From: Prasinococcaceae sp. CCMP 1430
Lineage: Eukaryota; Plantae; Prasinodermophyta
NCBI GenBank assembly: GCA_013416795.1
Contig: RQSC01000012.1
Span: forward strand, 141,625-162,604
DNA length: 20,980 nucleotides
Direction of reading: 5' to 3'
Shown piece after piece: positions 10,166-18,814 of the stretch. Each line of letters starts with the position of its first letter. The first letter of the stretch is position 1. A model generated the notes under the pieces. It made no database searches and was not told the DNA's origin. It saw only the letters and a program-made list of their open reading frames with translations. The translations under genes and the position numbers were made by a program.

Positions 10166-11416
10166 ATGGCGGCAGTGTCGGCGGCGCGCCCGCAGCGCAG
10201 TACGAGCAGGCGCGGCGTCGCGGTGAGCGCACGCGACGGGACTCCTCGCGGCGACGCGCCCGCCCGCGTGCGCGCGGTGGGCAGCGATGCGAGCGTCGGG
10301 GTCGCCCGCCTGCGGCAGGTCGTCGACGCCTTCCCCCGCCGCGGCTACGTGCAGGAGCCCACGCCGGTGCAGGCGATGCCCCGCCTGCGCGAGCACTGCG
10401 CCCTCCACTCCCCCTCCTTGCTCGTGAAGCGCGACGACTTCCTGCCGCTGCTGGGCGGCGGGAACAAGACGAGGAAGCTGGACTACGTCGTCCAGGACGC
10501 CATGGACAAGGGCTGCGACGCGCTGGTGACCTCCGGCGCCGTGCAGTCCAACCACTGCCGGCTGACGGCCGCCGCGGCCGCGATGGAGGGCATGGACTGC
10601 CACCTGGTGGTGGAGGAGCGCGTGCCGAACTCGTACGCGGCGGCCGCCGGCGGCAACAACTACCTGTTCGGCCTGCTGGGCGTGCAGTCCATCCGGCACG
10701 TGGCGCTGGGCGAGACCGACGAGGCCGTCGAGGCGCTCTCCGATCGCCTCGAGGCGCTCGGCCTCGCGCCGTACGTGATCCCCGGCGGCGCGAGCAACGA
10801 CCTGGGCGCGCTGGGCTACTGCAGGATGGCCCTCGAGATCATTGACGAGCACGGCCTCGACGCCTTCGACGCCATCGTCGTGTGCTCCGGCAGCGGCGGC
10901 ACGCACACGGGCTTGCTCACGGGCCTCCGCGCCGCCGGCGACACCACGAAGGTCATCGGGGTCAGCGTGCGCGGCTCCGCGGACGCACAGGCCGCCAAGA
11001 TCCTCGCGATGTGCCACGCGCTGGAGGATGCGCGCTTCCGCGGCATCACCGACGACTCCGAGGACGGCTCCGACTCCGGGCAGGACGGCTCCGCGGGATC
11101 CTACCTCGTCGGACCAGAGGACGTCGTCGTCATCGACGACTACGTCGGCCCCGGCTACAGCCTCAACACCGAGGCCCAGGCGATAGCCATCCAGCTGTTC
11201 GCGCGCCGCGAGTCAATTCTGCTCGATCCTGTGTACACGGGCAAGACGGCGGCCTGCTTCCTGGACATCGCGAGGTCGGGGGAGTATGGCGCGGAGCAGA
11301 AGCTGCTCTTCGTGCATACCGGCGGCGCGCCCGCGCTGTACCACTACAAGACGACCGCCACCGAGTTCACGGGCGGGCGGGCCGAGATGGACCGCGTCAA
11401 GGACCCGGCCGCCTAG
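10166..11416 (+). CDS. D-cysteine desulfhydrase-family PLP enzyme (ACC deaminase / D-CDes / CuyA family), intronless, transit-like N-terminus
   Basis: Motifs KRDD, GGNKTRKL (PLP Lys), SGAVQSNHCR, SGSGGT, LLDPVYTGK, FVHTGG. Y-T and H-T, rather than the Y-E and H-L of true ACC deaminases, indicate the D-CDes side of the family. An in-frame ATG also exists at 9935 but is separated by N10138. Confidence 0.9.
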   Translation: MAAVSAARPQRSTSRRGVAVSARDGTPRGDAPARVRAVGSDASVGVARLRQVVDAFPRRGYVQEPTPVQAMPRLREHCALHSPSLLVKRDDFLPLLGGGNKTRKLDYVVQDAMDKGCDALVTSGAVQSNHCRLTAAAAAMEGMDCHLVVEERVPNSYAAAAGGNNYLFGLLGVQSIRHVALGETDEAVEALSDRLEALGLAPYVIPGGASNDLGALGYCRMALEIIDEHGLDAFDAIVVCSGSGGTHTGLLTGLRAAGDTTKVIGVSVRGSADAQAAKILAMCHALEDARFRGITDDSEDGSDSGQDGSAGSYLVGPEDVVVIDDYVGPGYSLNTEAQAIAIQLFARRESILLDPVYTGKTAACFLDIARSGEYGAEQKLLFVHTGGAPALYHYKTTATEFTGGRAEMDRVKDPAA

Positions 11417-11563
11417 TCGGGCGGTGGACGCAGACGTAATTGCTGGCGGGGGCGCACGCGCGTGCATGCGGGCGGGTGCAAGCCTATCTCGGCGCCAGCG
11501 GATGTTGTCGTCGAGAAAGCCATCGTTCTGAAGGTCCTCATGCGCTACCCAGGGCGTGTACGC

Positions 11564-11568
11564 TTACA
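11564..11568 (-). terminator. Candidate TGTAA polyadenylation signal of the ankyrin gene
   Basis: TTACA on the plus strand lies 28 nt past the ankyrin stop. UGUAA is the established chlorophyte poly(A) signal. Confidence 0.35.
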
Positions 11569-11595
11569 GATCCTCTCTTATAGGCTCTCGTCTAG

Positions 11596-12648
11596 CTAGA
11601 GCGCGTCGGGTGGGGTGTGCTGGCGCAGAAGCCCGACGACCCTACCGGCAACGTAGTTGTTTCTGTAATCGCCAACCCGCTCAGCGAGTTCGAGCGCTGT
11701 CTGCCCGTTTCTGGTGCGTGCGGACGCGTCCGCACCCGCCTCGAGCAGCAGACTGAGGCACTTGTAGCACATGGATTCAGCGGCGATGTGGATAGGAGCG
11801 CATCCGTAGCTATCTTTCTTGTCCTTGTCTGCGCCCGTCTCGAGCAGCAGACCGAGGCAGTCGGCGCGCGTGCTCTGAGCTGCGATGTGCAGAGGGGTGC
11901 GACCGTGGCCATTCGCCTTGTTCGTGTCGGCGCCGGCCTCGAGCAGCAGGCGGAGGCAGTCAGCATTGCCTTGGGCGATCGCAATGTGCACCGGAGCAGT
12001 GTATACACGCATCTCAGATCTCGTTGCCGTGTCTGGGTCTGCGCCGGCCTCGAGCAAAAGCCGAAGGCAGCTGGCGCTGCCATTTGAAGCCGCGTAGTAC
12101 ACAGGAGTGTTGCCATTCCTGCCTGCCCTGTCGTTGTCGGCGCCTGCATCGAGCAGCAGCCGAAGGCAGTCAGGCTTGTCATGCTTGGCTGCGGCGTGCA
12201 CAGCAGTCTCGCCATTTCTGTCCTCGCTGTCGCTGTTGGCGCCTGCATCGAGGAGCAGGCGAAGGCAGTCAGGGCGGTCATGCTTGGCGGCGGCGTGCAC
12301 CGGCGTATTGCCAATTCTGTCCGCTTTGTCGGCGTCGGCGCCCGCATCGAGCAAAAGCCGAAGGCAGGTAGGCCTGGGATGCCGAGCCGCGGCGTGCACA
12401 GCAGTCTCGCCGTTGCTGTTTGGCATCATGTCAGCGATGTGCTTGTCGGCACCCGCCGCAAGCAAGCGCCCCAAGAAGTCGGCGTGGCCGCTCTGAGCGG
12501 CGACGTGCACTGACATCCCGATCATGGCGTCGCGCTCCTCGCGCGCCTCGCGCACGGCCGCGGCGTTAACACCCAGCGCCTGCGTGGCCAGCAGCAGCGC
12601 CTGGCGCGCGGTCTCCGCCGACGCGCCCCCAGCGCCGGGCCCGCCCAT
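11596..12648 (-). CDS. Ankyrin repeat protein (about 8 repeats), intronless
   Basis: Repeated 33-aa units of the type G(E/N/R)T(A/P)(V/L)HxAAxxxxxxCLRLLLxAGADxD. The start is uncertain (ATG 12648, or the later MIGMS). Confidence 0.9.
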   Translation of the reverse strand: MGGPGAGGASAETARQALLLATQALGVNAAAVREAREERDAMIGMSVHVAAQSGHADFLGRLLAAGADKHIADMMPNSNGETAVHAAARHPRPTCLRLLLDAGADADKADRIGNTPVHAAAKHDRPDCLRLLLDAGANSDSEDRNGETAVHAAAKHDKPDCLRLLLDAGADNDRAGRNGNTPVYYAASNGSASCLRLLLEAGADPDTATRSEMRVYTAPVHIAIAQGNADCLRLLLEAGADTNKANGHGRTPLHIAAQSTRADCLGLLLETGADKDKKDSYGCAPIHIAAESMCYKCLSLLLEAGADASARTRNGQTALELAERVGDYRNNYVAGRVVGLLRQHTPPDAL

Positions 12649-12806
12649 CCCTTGCCCCGCGCCGCTGCCGCCGGCGCGCGCAGTGGCGCCCCGGCCGGCG
12701 CCTTTTTTCGCGCGCGTCGCGCGATCATGCAGGCGCCAGCCGGGGGCCTCGAAACGCAATGTCTTTTTGAGAACCAAAATGATACGTATAAATGCATTAA
12801 AACGCG

Positions 12807-12822
12807 AACCCTAAAACCCTAA
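12807..12822. promoter_or_regulatory. Tandem telo-box-like motif AACCCTAAAACCCTAA
   Basis: Contains an exact AAACCCTA within the AT-rich island between the divergent ankyrin and basic-protein genes. Confidence 0.5.
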
Positions 12823-12998
12823 TGTCGCAACCAAAAACAACAAAAAGATTTGAGGGTCCCCCTCCACGCATTCTGACCTATCATTTGATGAAAGTAATAA
12901 TTACGCGCCCGTGGTTAAATATGAGTGTATTTTCAATTGTGCGTAGCAGGCGCCCCTTCGCCGTGCGGCGCTTTCGCCGAACGGGTGCGGCGCGAGCG

Positions 12999-13903
12999 AT
13001 GAGTGGCGCCGTGAGTGCGGGCGGGGGGGGGGGGGGGGCAGGCGGAGGCAGGCNGGCGGCGGAGCTGTGTGGGCGGGCGGCGCGGAGAGCAGCGCGGCCG
13101 ACCGCGGCGGCGGGCGGGGCGCGTACCGGTCGCCGAGCCGCTACCTCCCGGAGGACGCGCAGGCGCTGCAGGCGAAGCTCGCGCGCCTCCAGCGCCGACC
13201 GTCGACGCGCGCCACCGCGCGCAAAAGTAGTGGCGGCAGCTCCTCCAAGAGCAGCAGGAGGTGGCTCAGGAAGCGGCTCGGGAGCCTCCGCAAGAGCCTC
13301 AGCGGCGGAAGCCGTAGCAAGAAGAAGGAGAACAATCTCGGCGGCAGCAAGAGCACCAGGAGCGACAGCAATCCCTCGAGTCCGAGAACCAATGACCGCA
13401 CCAAAGCCAGCAGCAGCACAGGGCTCTCTCGAGCGCTGAAGCGCCTCAAGAAAGCTTTAGTATCGCCTTGGCGGAGCAGGAAGAAGAGCAGCGAGCGACC
13501 GGCCCCGGAAGAGGACGGCGCAGACGTTGCCATTGGGACTCAGAGCGCGAGCCCACAGTACGTCTCGAGCCTCCCCGCGGCCGCAGCGGCGACAGCCCTC
13601 TCGCCGGCTGCGCAACACAAAGCAGGGCAAGCGACCCCACCAGCGACCTCGATGCTTGCGCTCGACGCGGACGCCCAGATGGAGTGTGAGAAGGAGAAGG
13701 CGAGGCGCCTCAAGGGCGTGCGCTCATCTCCCACTACGTTCTCGTCTTTCGCCCGCTCCGTGCGCAAGACCTCCAAGCGCGTGGTTGGCCACGCGGCGGG
13801 CGTGGCGAGTGCGGCAGTGGGCGGCTCGTATGTGGTCGCAGTGTCGCCCTTCGTGCTTGTCGGGGCGGTGAGCCCGAGGAAGACCGTGCGCAAGCGCAAA
13901 TGA
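12999..13903 (+). CDS. Hypothetical Lys/Arg/Ser-rich basic low-complexity protein; tentative exons 12999-13010 and 13052-13903
   Basis: The 278-aa open frame 13067-13903 has protein-like segments. ATG AGT GGC GCC is followed by a perfect GTGAGT donor (13011), and CAG at 13051 restores the frame. This region contains poly-G and N13054, so the 5' model is tentative. Confidence 0.5.
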
Positions 13904-13997
13904 ACAGCGAGCGCGTCATGGCAGCCGCGCACACCGTGGGTGGCAATGGAGAAGACACACAGTGTGTACACATTATATAAAACAAACAACGACACAC

Positions 13998-15695
13998 TCA
14001 GTACGTTGCCGCGGCGCCCGCGCGGCGCACGCCGACGGGCATGGCGGCGGCGGATGCCATCTGCTGCTGGGGCACTGGCGGCGGCCCGTCCGCGTAGCCG
14101 ACGGCGTGGAGCCACCACGCCGGGTAGCCCGTTGAGTCGGCTGACTTGGGCAGCTCGTTCACCCAGCCGTCAGCGTACTTGAACATGAGCACGTCGGAGA
14201 GGCGCCACCACGCCTCGTTGGCCTTCTCCGCGTGCGCGCCGTAGACGTCGTCTACGCACGCCGCGAGCGCGCCCGAGCCCAGCGCGAGGCCCTTGCACTT
14301 CTGATCGGCGGCCTCCACGGCAGCGGCGCCGGCGACGGCCTCGAGTGCGTGCTGCGCGGCGGCGACGTCGCGAACCATGAACTTCCACTTGAGGTCCATG
14401 ATGTTGGACACGTACTTGGTGCCCCACGTCGCGGTCGTGCGGTCGAATTCGAGCGGGTTGCCATGCGAGTACGCGTGCGGCACCCGCGTCATGTGCGGCG
14501 AGAGCGGCACGAAGACGGTGCCGTGGGCAGCGCCCGGCGCGAACCACACCACTGGCCCCGCGGCGTCGCCAAGGTCGCCGCGAGAGACGCTCACGTAAGA
14601 GTCCGTCGTGCGATAGAGCGCGATGGAGCGCTCCCAGTTGCCGCTCACCTCCGCCTCGCCCGCGCCCTTGCCCACACCGGCGGCGATGCGGTTGGGCGAG
14701 CCGAAGGGGCCCGCCGCCAGGCCCTTCGTCATGTCGTACTCCGTGCCCTCGTAGTGGTCGCGCAGCACGTCCAGCACGTCCAGCACGCTCACCTTGGCGT
14801 CGGGCTTGAGGCTCACCGGGTAAGGACGGCTCTTGCGGTACTCGCCATACTCGCTCGGGAGGTCGACGCTCGGCGCGAGCAGGCGGTACGCGCCCCACAC
14901 GCGGCGGCCCGAGTAATACTTGTGCGCGTACTCGCCGTCCGAGTAAATGGCGGTGAAGTCGAGCTTCTTGCCCGACGACGGCGACCACCAGCCCTTCTCC
15001 TGCGCGACGGAGAACGCGCTGGCGGACGCCTGAAAGTTGTCCTCGTCGTCGGGGTCGACCTCGCGGATGATGAAGGCGTTGGCGACGACGGCGACCTCGC
15101 CGTCGGGCACGCGCTGCGCGGCCCAAATGGCCGACGTGCCCGTGGGGTCGGGCAGGATGTGAAAGATCCACGCCTCCTCGGTGTCGGACACCAGCAGCGA
15201 CTCGGCGGTGCCCTCGAACGAGCCCGCCCCGTAGAAGCCGTACTCCTCGGCGGCCGCGCCCATGAGGGCGACCGCGTCGCGCGCCTTGGCCGCCCGCTCC
15301 ATCGCGAGCTGCGTGAGCACGTCGACGCTCAGCAGCGCCTTGCCGCCCTGGCCCGCAGGAGAAGTGCCGAAGACCCCCGAGCACGTGCTCTCGGCGATGC
15401 CCAGCTGGTGCTCGTTGATGGCGCCGTACGTCTCCTCCAGGTACGCGTACGTGTGGCTCACCTCCGGGATGTGGCCGATGGGCTCCCACGCCGTCTGGTT
15501 GAGGTCGGCGCGCGGCGCGTACTCGGGCACGCCGCGCGCGTCGCCGGCGTAGCGCGGGTACGACTCGGGCGTGAAGAACACGGGCCGCATCGCCCCCGGC
15601 GCGTGGTCCGCCGCGGGCACCTTCACCAGCCGCGCGTCCGTCGGCGCCTCGCCGTCGTTCGTGTGCGCGACGTACACGCCGCCGTCCGCCGCATG
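13998..15695 (-). CDS. Peptidase C69 (dipeptidase/secernin-like Ntn hydrolase), 5'-truncated
   Basis: Motifs ADGGVYVAHTNDG, INEHQLGIAESTC, ERAAKARDAVALMG, EEYGFYG, WAAQRVPDGEV.VVANAF, YSGRRVWG, LRDHYEGT, WERSI and YPAWWL. The signal peptide and the N-terminal catalytic Cys are not found. Confidence 0.85.
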   Translation of the reverse strand, partial: HAADGGVYVAHTNDGEAPTDARLVKVPAADHAPGAMRPVFFTPESYPRYAGDARGVPEYAPRADLNQTAWEPIGHIPEVSHTYAYLEETYGAINEHQLGIAESTCSGVFGTSPAGQGGKALLSVDVLTQLAMERAAKARDAVALMGAAAEEYGFYGAGSFEGTAESLLVSDTEEAWIFHILPDPTGTSAIWAAQRVPDGEVAVVANAFIIREVDPDDEDNFQASASAFSVAQEKGWWSPSSGKKLDFTAIYSDGEYAHKYYSGRRVWGAYRLLAPSVDLPSEYGEYRKSRPYPVSLKPDAKVSVLDVLDVLRDHYEGTEYDMTKGLAAGPFGSPNRIAAGVGKGAGEAEVSGNWERSIALYRTTDSYVSVSRGDLGDAAGPVVWFAPGAAHGTVFVPLSPHMTRVPHAYSHGNPLEFDRTTATWGTKYVSNIMDLKWKFMVRDVAAAQHALEAVAGAAAVEAADQKCKGLALGSGALAACVDDVYGAHAEKANEAWWRLSDVLMFKYADGWVNELPKSADSTGYPAWWLHAVGYADGPPPVPQQQMASAAAMPVGVRRAGAAATY

Positions 15696-15878
15696 CCGCA
15701 CGTACTCTGCGATCGTGGCGCGTTTGACCTGTACAGTGAGTGCGAGCTGGTTTTGGACGCCTTCAAGAGCTGCGAGCGCGTGGTGTCCACGCCCATCCCT
15801 TACCAGTACCTGCACATGGTCAACTTTGTGACCTTCTGCTTCGTCTTCAGCGTTCCTTTCACCTTCTCGTACTCGTGG
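15693..15878 (+). CDS. Bestrophin (RFP-TM/YneE-like) anion channel fragment, truncated at both ends
   Basis: DRGAFDLYSECELVLDAFKSCERVVSTPIPYQYLHMVNFVTFCFVFSVPFTFSYSW matches the family signature CERIxxTPxPxxY followed by a TM helix ending in xPF. It stops at N15879. Confidence 0.75.
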
Positions 15879-16040
15879 NGCCGGCGCCCGCCCGCGCGGC
15901 AGCGCCGGCGCACTCGGCGAGCGCAGCCCCGGGAGCGCGGGCGCGCGCGCCGAGTGCTCCCGCTCGTTCTCCCGCCCGCAAGTGCTTTCGCCGCGATGCA
16001 GTCTTACGCGCGCGCGCGCGCATGCGCGCGGACCGGCCGC

Positions 16041-17233
16041 CTACTTGTTGGCCTCCGCCTCGATCGCCGCCTGGTGCTCCTTGAGCGCCTTGTCGGTGGC
16101 CCCCGCGCCCAGCATGTCGTACATGATCTCACCGTCGTCGTCCTTGCGCAGCGTCGCGATCTCCACCTTCTCGTGGTTGAGTGTGGTGGAGTCCATGGTC
16201 TTGGCGAGCACCTTGATCGCCAGCTTGGTGGCCGCCTCGAGGTCCATCTCGGGGTCGTAGTCGGTCTTGAGGATCGACTGGGAGCTCTGCGAGTTGGCGC
16301 CAATCGCCGTGGCCTTCCAGCCGCCAAAGTTGCCGCTCGGATCGCTCTGGTACAGCTGGAAGCCGTGGTGGTCGTCGTAGCCGGCGAACAGGAACGACAC
16401 GCCGAATGGGCGCAGGCCGCCGTACTGCGTGTACCCCTGCTTGCGATCGCAGATGCTCTGCACCAGCTGCTCCACGGGCATCGCCTCCTGGTATTGGAAG
16501 CGGTATCGCTGCGACGCAAGCCTGCAGTCGTTGATGAGAATGTTTGCGTCGGCGGTGAGGCCCGCGACCGCGCACGCCACGTGCTCGTCGATGCGGTACA
16601 TCTTCTCGGCGGTCTTGGCGGTCTCGAGCAGCTTGGAGGTGATCTTCTTCTCGGCGGCGAGCACGATGCTGTGCGGGCACACACAAGGGACGGGCGGGTG
16701 AAAGATGGGCGCGGGGTGCGCACGCGGTGATCGCATCCGTCATCGCGGAAGCACCGCGCGGCGTGAAGCCACCAGCGCCAAGCAGCAGCGTTTTCAGGAG
16801 CAGCAGCAGCAGCGGCGGCAGGTCGCTACGTGTCAGCGCACGCGCCGCGTCTGCCCGCACTACCAATTTGCACTGCTCGGCTCTGTTCGAGCGCCCGAAC
16901 CCCGCTGCGCACGGGAGGGCTCGCTCGGCATCACAACGCGCTCGCCCATGCCTGGAGCACGCGCGAGAACGACGGCTGGGCCAGCCAGGGCGCGCCAGCG
17001 GTAGCTGGTGTCGCATGCCGCAGAGCTCCGCACAGATCCCTTCGCGTGGAGCGCGCTTCGGGCGCCGCAGCGCCGCCGGCGCGGCTGTGCGCACGGCGGC
17101 GCACGCACCCGTCCTTGGCGTGGATGCCTACGCACGACCCCGCGTTGGAGATCGCCTCCATGGCGTACTCTACCTGGTACAGCCGCCCCTCGGGCGAGAA
17201 GATGGTCGTGCGCGAGTCATAGCGGCGCGCCAT
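16041..17233 (-). CDS. PSMA4: 20S proteasome subunit alpha-3 (alpha type-4); exons 17233-17109 and 16668-16041
   Basis: [28 protein letters not shown], spliced via GTGCGT(17108)...GCACAG(16669) to [14 protein letters not shown], then [46 protein letters not shown]. Confidence 0.97.
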
Positions 17234-17563
17234 CGCCGCTCGCCAGCGGCCCGCCCGGCCCGCCCTGCGCCCCCTCTTTTCCCCCCCGCGCCCGCCCGCG
17301 CACGCCCCCCGCGCGCCACGGACACGGCAGTGCGAGCCGAGCGAGGCGACAGGCGCAGAGGAGCGCGGCGATCCGCGCCGCTGGGCCCCGCCCAAGGGGG
17401 GGCACGCGCGTGGCGAGCGCCCGGCAAGGCTATTTGCATACGGTATGCCCAAGGCGAGGGCGAAGATATTGAACACGGCCAAAGACTTCGACACCAACTG
17501 GGACATCTTTGTGGGGAGCTGAGCCGTGCGCAGGCCACCCGTGAATATGTGATACAGTGCATT

Positions 17564-18219
17564 TTACAACACGCGCTCGCGCCCCCTACGCGCGAGCGCG
17601 CCGATTATGCCTGCACGGCGCGGCGTCTCGCTGAACGCGCGCTCCCATGCCGCCGGGCACGCCTGGAGGCGCGTGCGTGTTGATAGCGGTGAGAGAGGTC
17701 AGCAGCGCTCGTGAGCCAGCGGGCGGTCGCACTGCGCGGGCAGCCAGACGCGCACCTTGATGTCCCCTTCGCCGCTCGTCCGCGCTGCGGCCTCGCCAGC
17801 GCCGCGTAGCGACGCAATCCACTCGCCAAGCGACGCCAAGCGCTGTTCGAAGCTTTCCCGCGCGAGACGCTGCTGGTTGCGAGCCACCGCTGCCTGCCGT
17901 CCGTTTGCCCCCCGAGCGCGTGTGGTCGCACAACGCGCTTTCGAGTCAGCACTTGCCCCTCGCAGAGGGCGCGCACCAGAACGCCACACCAGAAGATGCA
18001 AATGAGCGCCCAAGGCTTACCTCACTGATACCTACTCCCGTCCATCGGCTTCGCAACCCCTGCGTCGCCATCTCGAACATCCTCTCGGCAGCCAGCATGT
18101 GCAGGCGGAAGGCCTGCAGGCACAGCCGCCGCGTGTGCGCGTCGGCCGGCCGCGGACTCACCCATGAGCCCGTCGCCAGCGCCGCGCCCTCGATGCACTG
18201 CGCAGCATGCGCCGCACCA
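17564..18219 (-). CDS. Multi-exon hypothetical protein, 5'-truncated at N18220; exons 18219-18162, 18113-18021, 17893-17756, 17662-17564
   Basis: Three phase-0 introns with strong donors (GTGAGT 18161, GTAAGC 18020, GTGCGC 17755) and CAG acceptors give a stop-free product ending ...GSWAFRLHMLAAERMFEMATQGLRSRWTGVGISEAAVARNQQRLARESFEQRLASLGEWIASLRG...ACPAAWERAFSETPRRAGIIGALARRGRERVL*. No family was recognised. Confidence 0.6.
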
Positions 18220-18240
18220 NCCCGCACGCGCCCCCCGCAG

Positions 18241-18501
18241 GGCCGCCGCCGCTCGCCGGCGCCCGTGGTCGTCGCACCCGAGGCACGCGCGAACTACTAC
18301 GAGGCGGCCGACGGCGCCGGCGGGCTGCTCGCGATCGTCAAGTCCCCCATGGGCCTCATGATGCTCATGATGGTCGGCATGGTGTTCCTGCTGCCCAAGA
18401 TGATGGACGGCATCGACCCGGAGGAGCTCAAGCAGATGCAGAAGGAGATGGCCGCCAAGCAGAAGGACAACCCGCTCAACAAGCTGCTCGGCGGGCAGTG
18501 A
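18241..18501 (+). CDS. EMC7: ER membrane protein complex subunit 7, terminal exon only
   Basis: After acceptor CCCGCAG (18240) the frame reads [14 protein letters not shown]...[42 protein letters not shown], matching the plant-type EMC7 C-terminus (KSPMGLM...PK...DPEE). Upstream exons are missing beyond N18220. Confidence 0.85.
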   Translation, partial: GRRRSPAPVVVAPEARANYYEAADGAGGLLAIVKSPMGLMMLMMVGMVFLLPKMMDGIDPEELKQMQKEMAAKQKDNPLNKLLGGQ

Positions 18502-18527
18502 GAACTCGGCCAGCGACGCGCTCGACG

Positions 18528-18532
18528 TGTAA
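18528..18532 (+). terminator. Candidate TGTAA polyadenylation signal of EMC7
   Basis: TGTAA lies 27 nt after the EMC7 stop codon. Confidence 0.4.
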
Positions 18533-18560
18533 TGCTGAGTTGGTCTCTCGCCCCTCGCGA

Positions 18561-18745
18561 CACACACACACGCACACACACACACACACCACGCAAGCAC
18601 ACACACACACGCACACACACCACGCAAGCACACACACATACGCACACGCACACATTGACACACACACACACACACACGCACACGCACACACCACGCAAGC
18701 ACACACACATGCGCTAACGCGCGCACACACACACACACGCACGAG
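18561..18745. repeat. Degenerate (CA)n tract with three embedded CACCACGCAAGCACACAC units
   Basis: Read directly, in the intergenic region between convergent genes. Confidence 0.9.
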
Positions 18746-18814
18746 CGCGTGTGCACGCGCACGGGCACAGCCGGTCGCAGTCCTCCACCTCGCTTTCCTT
18801 ACTCTCGCGGCCGC

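Noticed and set aside
10166-11416. ACC deaminase (acdS) call
   Set aside because: It has DPVYTGK and HTGG instead of the diagnostic DPVYEGK and HLGG.
12807-12822. True telomere or chromosome-fusion scar
   Set aside because: Only two units, with continuous gene-dense sequence on both sides; it fits a promoter motif better.
15720-15745. TGT-ACA (Cys-Thr) on the minus strand as the missing C69 catalytic start
   Set aside because: It is out of frame with the peptidase and lies within the bestrophin-coding segment of the opposite strand, so it is probably coincidental.
16669-17108. Possible C/D snoRNA or nested ORF in the 440-nt PSMA4 intron
   Set aside because: Only an imperfect C-box (GTGATGC) and scattered CTGA with no clear terminal stem; the Leu-rich ORF comes from a CTG triplet run.
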